Assembly: GCA_037481835.1 (NCBI GenBank)
Contig: JBBFKW010000013.1
Span: 84,576 to 148,575, forward strand
Direction: 5' to 3'
Length of the DNA: 64,000 nt
Source of the DNA: Desulfosoma sp.
Lineage (GTDB): Bacteria; Desulfobacterota; Syntrophobacteria; Syntrophobacterales; DSM-9756
The notes under the pieces were generated by a model that worked only from the letters and a program-made list of their open reading frames with translations, had not been told where the DNA came from and made no database searches. Below are positions 58,278-64,000 of this stretch, one piece after another. Position 1 is the stretch's first letter. The number at the start of each line of letters is the position of its first letter. The translations under genes were made by a program, and so were the position numbers.

Positions 58278-58718
58278 TCAGGCGGACCGGGCCTGTGCGG
58301 ATTCCCGCCCTTTTAGAGGGTTGGGTCCGAGGGCTCGGATTTTTTCCGTAAACCGGGTGACCAGCTGGGCGAACCGAGGCGCTTCGGCCGAAGACACCCA
58401 TTCGATGGCGAACCGTTCCGGGTCGATCCCGACGTTTTCCAAGGCGATGCGCACGGCATGGCTTCGGGCCAGGGCTTTGTGATTACCGTCCAGGTAATGA
58501 CATTCGCCCAGGTGTCAGCCCATGACGAGGACGCCGTCGGCTCCCTTGAGCAGCGCCTTGGTGATCAATTCCGGATGGACCATGCCGGAACACATGACTC
58601 GAATGGGCCTCATGTTAGGGGGATACTGCAACCGCGATACGCCGGCCAGGTCTCCCCCCGCATAGGCGCACCAGTTGCACAAAAAGCCGACGATGACGGG
58701 TTCGAAAACTTCGCTCAT
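58278..58718 (-). CDS. mvhD: MvhD [2Fe-2S] subunit, 146 aa, Sec at codon 68
   Basis: [30 protein letters not shown](58515-58517)[11 protein letters not shown]...WVSSAE; the frame stays open to TGA 58278. Confidence 0.93.
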
Positions 58719-58732
58719 GGGATCAGCTCCTC

Positions 58733-61700
58733 TTAGGCCAGCAAGGCATTGATTTGGGCTTCCAATTGGTTCAGGGTAAAGCCGTGAACCATGACACCGC
58801 CTTTCGGGCACGTGGCTTCACACAGCCCGCAGCCTTTGCACAGGGCGGGGTCGGTGCGAATCCGCTTTTTCCCCGGCTCTCCGTCTTCCTCTTCCAGACG
58901 AATGGCCCGGTAGGGACAGACATCCACGCACAGGGCGCAGCCGTCGCACCGTTCCGTGACGTAGGACTTGATGGCGTCCAGTTGCATCTCTTCCTTGGAA
59001 AGGACCACGGCCGCTCGGGACGCCGCCGCTCGCGCCTGGGCGATGGTCTCGTCCACAGGCTTGGGATAGTGGCACAAGCCCGCCACAAAGAGGCCGTCCA
59101 CGGAAAGATCCACGGGGCGCAGTTTGGGGTGAGCCTCCGTCAGGAACCCGTCGGCGTTGACGCCGCACTTGAAAAGATCCACCACATCCTGCCCCACGTT
59201 GGGTTCCACCGCCGCGGCCAGGACGACGAAATCGGCGGGGATGCGAAGCGTTCTCGACAGGATGGGATCCACCACGTCCACGTGCAAGGCGCCGTTCTCG
59301 GCGGATACCCGAGGTTTGGTCTCCAGAGTATACCGGACGAACAAAACCCCCAGAGCCCGCGCCTTCTGGTAGAGCTCTTCCCGCATCCCGTAGGTGCGCA
59401 TATCCCGATAAAGGACGTAGACGTCCACATCCGGGTTCAGGGCTTTCATGCGGATGGCGCTCTTGACCGTGTGCGTGCAGCAGAGCCTGGAGCAGTAAGG
59501 CCGGCGGGGCTCCCGGGACCCCACGCACTGGATGAAGACCACATTTCGGGCATGGCGGATCTTGTCCGGGTCTCGATCCAGCAGGGCGTCACACTGAAGG
59601 TGCGTCATGACGCGGGGATCTTGGCCGTAGAGGTATTCATCCGGTTCGGCCTGGCGACCTCCCAGGGCCAGCACGGCGGCGCCGTAAAAGATTTCCCGTT
59701 CCGAACCGTCCACGTCCACAAGGCTTCGGAAACTGCCCACGGAACCGTCCACCGTTTTCAGCCGGGCGGAGGTGAGAACCGTGATGTTCGGGTGGTTTTC
59801 CACGCTGCGGATAAGATCTTCCAGCATGGGCCGGATGGGCTCTCCCTGGTCGTTTTCCAGAAGATGCCACGCATTGCCGCCCAGGCGGGCCTCCTTTTCC
59901 ACGAGGACGGCCTCAAAGCCCTGATCGGCCAGATAGAGGGCCGCGTTCATGCCAGCCACACCGCCTCCGAGGACCAAAGCCTTCTGGATGACGTTTACTT
60001 TGAGGCGCGTTAAGGGGGCGTTGAGCGCCGCTTTGGCCACGGCCATGCGCACCTGGTCCTTGGCTTTTTCCGTGGCTTTCACGGGATCCTGCTGGTGGAC
60101 CCAGGCGTTCTGGTTGCGAATGTTGGCCATTTCCACCAGGAAGGGATTGAGCCCGGCTTCTCTCAGAGTGTCCTGAAAGAGGGGTTCGTGGGTGCGGGGA
60201 GTGCAGGCCGCCACGACGATCCGGTTCAAGCCGAGTTCCTTGATCTTCTGGGCGATGAGGATCTGGGTGTCCGCCGAACAGGTGAACAGGTTGTTTTCCA
60301 CGTGAACCACGTGGGGAAGCGTCTTGGCGTATTCGGCGACGGCTTTCACGTCCACCGTGTTGGCGATATTGATGCCGCAGGAACAGACAAAGACCCCGAT
60401 CCTCGGCTTTTCAGAGGAAATGTCGTGTTCCTGAGGGTATGTCTTGGTTCGGGCGAGCTTTCCCCGGGCCGAGCACAGGGTGCGGGCCGCTTCGGCGGCG
60501 GCCGTGGAAGCTTCCGTCACGGCATGGGGGATGGCCTTCGGCCCGTGGAACGCTCCGGTGGCGTAAATTCCAGGCCGCGTCGTGGTCACGGGATTGAAGC
60601 CGGACGTGCGAGCGAACCGATGGGGCGTCAGGTCGATGCCGAGGGCGGCGGCCAGGGTTTCCGCGTCCTTTGGCGCTTCCAGGCCGATGGACAGGACCAC
60701 CAAGTCGAAGGGTTCGACGACGGAGCGCCCTTCATCGTCCACATACTGGATCACGGCACCCTTGTTGTCCGGGCCGGGTTCGATGGAATGGGGGCGTGCC
60801 CGCACGAAGCGGATGCCGTGCTCCTGGGCGTTCATGAGGTAGCGTTCAAAGTCTTTTCCGTGGGTGCGCATATCCATGTAGAAAACGGCCTGTTCCAGAC
60901 CGCCGCCGCTGCAATGTTCGGCCGTGACCAACGCCTGCTTGATGGCATACATGCAGCAGACGCTGGAACAATAGCCGTTGCTGCACTGATGAATGTTGCG
61001 CGATCCCACGCACTGGATCCAGGCGATCCGCCGGGGTTCTTCCTCATCGGACGGGCGGACGAGATGGCCCATGTAGGGGCCGTTTGAAGCCAAAAGCCTT
61101 TCGTATTCCAGGCTGGTCACGACGTCGCGGATATGGCCGTAGCCGTAGACGTCCAAACGGGAAGGATCAAAGGCTTCAAAACCCGAGGCCGTGATCACGG
61201 CCCCCACCTCCAGGGTGAAGGTCTTTTCCGCGTCCTGGAAATTGATGGCGCCGGTGGGGCAGAACTTTTCGCAGGCCCGGCATTTGCCTCGGGTGAGGTA
61301 GAGACAATGGGCGGGGTCGATGGCGTATTTCAAAGGGACGGCTTGGCCGTATTTGATATAAGCGGCCTTGCGCTTTCCCCGACCCATGTTGAAGGGGTCG
61401 TCGACTTTCTTGGGGCATTTTTCGGCGCACAGCCCGCAGGCGATACACTTGTCCATGTCCACGTATCGCGGTTTTTGACGGACGGTGACGTGAAAGTGCC
61501 CGAGGGATCCGGAGACATCGACAATTTCGGAAAGGGTGAGAAGTTCGATGTTGAGATGGCGGCCGACCTCGACCAGCTTGGGGGCGATGATTCACATGGC
61601 ACAATCGTTGGTGGGAAAGGTCTTGTCCAGCTGGGCCATGACCCCGCCGATGCCCGACGTCTTCTCCACAAGGACCACCTTGTAGCCGGAGTCGGCCAAA

Positions 61701-61771
61701 TCCAACGTGGCCTGTATCCCGGCGATGCCGCCTCCCACCACCAGGATGGAACCGATGGGTTCTTTGCTCAT
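58733..61771 (-). CDS. hdrA: HdrA-like flavoprotein with two FAD modules, 1012 aa, Sec at codon 60
   Basis: VVGGGIAG...[15 protein letters not shown](61592-61594)-IIAPKL is in frame with ORF 58733-61462; two IQCVGSR/YCSxxCC sets, second GGGVAG, ferredoxin motifs; GGAGGAG RBS. Confidence 0.93.
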
Positions 61772-61904
61772 GGATTCTCCTCCGTGTGTGCCGTGACGTT
61801 GTGGAATGGGCCTTCCTGCCCCCGGCCGTGGCGCATGGGCCCTGAAAAGGCCCCACACTCCCAATGGGGTTCGCTCTCGGGCGTCTTTACGCCGGGGCGA
61901 AAAA

Positions 61905-61927
61905 TTGTGCAAGAACTTTTTGCACAA
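61905..61927. promoter_or_regulatory. Candidate operator upstream of the hdrA-mvh operon
   Basis: Perfect inverted repeat TTGTGCAA-N7-TTGCACAA in an AT-rich patch, with an extra TGCACAA half-site at 61930. Confidence 0.5.
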
Positions 61928-61937
61928 AATGCACAAT

Positions 61938-62771
61938 TCATGAAACAGCCCGCCACCAGCGCACCTCCAGGGCGTTGCGCTCGGGAAGCCTCCGGTAGGT
62001 CACCTCGGGGAAGCCCGCCATGAGGCAGCCCGTAACGATGTGGTCGTGGGGAAGGTCGAGGAATCGGGCCAAATCCGGCCGCTCCAAAGCGAAGGCGTTG
62101 ACGTAGCCGGCCCAGCAGGTTCCCAGGCCCAGGGCCGTGGCGTAGAGTTCCACGTATTCCAGAGCGAGGAAGGTGGTGACCCGGGCGGCCTTGTGGGTGT
62201 TGGGGGCCGAGGCCACGAGAAGGTGGGGAGCGTTTCTCAGGATGCGGTCTTCACCCTTTTCGTGGGCGCGAACGATCCCTTCCATGTGCCATTGGGCGGC
62301 GAGGGGCGATCCGGCTTCAATGAGGGAGCGCATCCAGCCCACGACCATCTCGCGCACGGCGCTCATGCCGTCTCGAGACATGACCACCGTGAAGGTGAGT
62401 CCTTGGGAATTGTGCCCCGACGGGGCATAGCGCGCCGCCTGGAGGAGTTTTTCCAAAAGATCCCGGGCAACGCTTTCCGGCCGGTAGCAGCGGATGGATC
62501 GCCGGGATCGCAGGAAAAGGAGCGCCGTTTCCGGATCCAGCACGGGAAAGCGAGGCAGCGGGCTTTGCACGGCGAGGGGGGCCCGCGCGTGGTCCAGGGC
62601 GCCGTGAGGGCACACGGCGACGCAATGGCCGCAACCGATGCACCACGGGGCCATGACCCGGCGCACCGTTGGTCCCCCCTGAGGGTCCAAGGCCAGGATG
62701 CCCGCGGGGCACACGCGAGCGCACAACCCGTCCCGATCGCACTTTTCCATATCCACACGAATCAACGCCAT
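61938..62771 (-). CDS. Nitroreductase family protein with N-terminal ferredoxin domain
   Basis: [49 protein letters not shown]. Confidence 0.92.
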   Translation of the reverse strand: MALIRVDMEKCDRDGLCARVCPAGILALDPQGGPTVRRVMAPWCIGCGHCVAVCPHGALDHARAPLAVQSPLPRFPVLDPETALLFLRSRRSIRCYRPESVARDLLEKLLQAARYAPSGHNSQGLTFTVVMSRDGMSAVREMVVGWMRSLIEAGSPLAAQWHMEGIVRAHEKGEDRILRNAPHLLVASAPNTHKAARVTTFLALEYVELYATALGLGTCWAGYVNAFALERPDLARFLDLPHDHIVTGCLMAGFPEVTYRRLPERNALEVRWWRAVS

Positions 62772-62899
62772 TCTTTCCTCCCTGAATTCATGAAAGAAAA
62801 CCTATCCATAACACGACCATAGGCCATGTAACATTATGACTTCACTGGCCTTTTATGGCATAGAAGGTCCTCTCGTCAACTCGCTCGGCAGGTGCAGCG

Positions 62900-63304
62900 A
62901 TGGAAAAGATCGAGATCGAACAATCCTCCAAGGCCATCTACATCTACAGTGAACAATCAAGTCTCGCCCTGGTCGGGGCTCTGGTCAATAAGTCCACGAC
63001 GCCCATCCTACACCTGGATGAGGTTGGGGGCCATTCCAAGATCTCGCACAAGGACGTGGTGAAAACCTCCGTCGGGGTGTTGGCGACGGGGAAGAGGGAC
63101 CTTGAGGCCGTCCGTGGCTTGGAGCTGCTGGAGAACGTGCAGGTTCCCGTAACGGAGCTTCCCACGGACCACGTGGCTTTGGACGTGGATGTTTTCGGCT
63201 CGGACAAGTCCAAGACCCAAAAAGAGGGCGTTTCCCGAACCTCCCAGAGCTATGAAGGCTAGGCGCCTATTGGGGCCTCCCTGGGATCGGAGCGATGGTG
63301 CCTT
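62900..63304 (+). pseudogene. IS1380-family transposase remnant
   Basis: IEQS...SSLALVGALV...ISHKDVVK...GKRDLEAV and LDVDVFGSDKSKTQKEGVSRTSQSYEG*APIGASLGSERWCL resemble IS1380 motifs (from memory); in-frame TAG, apparent internal deletion, ends at a REP. Confidence 0.7.
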
Positions 63305-63335
63305 GTAGGTTGGGGTGAGCGTAGCGAACCCCAAC
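63305..63335 (+). repeat. GTAG-type REP element
   Basis: GTAGGTTGGGGTGAGCGTAGCGAACCCCAAC, one mismatch to the copy at 16314. Confidence 0.88.
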
Positions 63336-63544
63336 AAAGATCGGGGATACGCTCGCACGTCGCGGTGTCGCAACGAGGATGAAACCCGAACCCCCGGGAA
63401 CTCGTGCGCGAATCTTCTATGAAAGTCTTATTAACATACCGTAACTAGAAGACGTGTGTCCTTCGTTGTCTCACGCCGCCTGATGGGGGTTATTGTCAAA
63501 AGGAATCCTCGAAGCGCGAATCGCGCCTCTTGGGCCCAGAAAGC

Positions 63545-63860
63545 GAAACAATTTTCGAGCACAATCGAATCGGTCCTTCTCCCGGATTTGGCCATCGATC
63601 CCGGACCCGTGAGACTCCGACCCGCCCATCCCCAAGGCCCGTTTGGTCGTTTCGCTTCGGCACGTCACCATTTCGCACCACCCTGGGCCGACCCTGCGGA
63701 TCCCGAAATTCCTGCATCCCGGCGAGAAATGCCTCTCGCTTCATCTTGATGGCTTCCGCCAATGGCTTTCGGGTTCCATTGCGAAAGATCCCCCTCAAAG
63801 GGTCCCGGACCGATGAAGCTGGATTTCTCAATGCAGCAAGGCGACCTTCCTTGATGTGGC
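63545..63860 (-). pseudogene. IS256-family transposase N-terminal remnant
   Basis: DPLRGIFRNGTRKPLAEAI...GRPRVVRNGDVPKRNDQTGLGDGRVGVSRVRDR...IRLCSKIV resembles the IS256 RNG...QTGxG...PRVRDR region; no DDE core follows. Confidence 0.7.
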
Positions 63861-64000
63861 TTATCCTTGGCCTGCTCCATTCCCGCGGGACCGTCAACAC
63901 GAACACAAAAAGGACCTATACTTGCCCCCGGCGGCCCTGTAAACGCAATGCTGTTGACTTAAGAGCGAACAACATGGGGGTGCATTTCGCAAGATGCCGA

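Noticed and set aside
54722..61771. Nonsense-mutated pseudogenes of hdrA, mvhD and mvhA
   Set aside because: All three stops are TGA at conserved Cys positions with equally spaced downstream hairpins; selenocysteine explains this far better

Overview
GC-rich window from what looks like an anaerobic Desulfobacterota-type (deltaproteobacterial) genome; the taxonomy is inferred from gene content only. Left to right: (1) the 3' part of a Cu-type P1B ATPase, then rubredoxin, a ferritin/rubrerythrin-like gene, a ferredoxin and a DVU0298-like HEAT protein; (2) a REC-PAS-histidine kinase gene split by a 1-nt frameshift at a C8 tract, divergent from a Wsp-like chemosensory operon ending in a diguanylate cyclase; (3) pflX and fprA, bracketed by GTAG-type REP elements, and a TPR protein; (4) a ~34 kb minus-strand extracellular contractile injection system (eCIS, Afp/PVC-like) with unusual features. 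It has no PAAR gene, a protein with a hydrophobic C-terminus in the PAAR position, three paralogous fibre-like genes, a patatin, and a 1407-aa DUF4157 effector whose C-terminus looks like a nucleotidyltransferase toxin; (5) an hdrA-mvhD-frhB-like-mvhG-mvhA operon in which three genes carry an in-frame UGA at a conserved Cys position followed by a SECIS-like hairpin. These are probable selenoproteins, including a [NiFeSe] hydrogenase, and the ORF track truncates all three; (6) a nitroreductase and decayed IS1380 and IS256 remnants. All family calls come from motif recognition by eye, not database searches.
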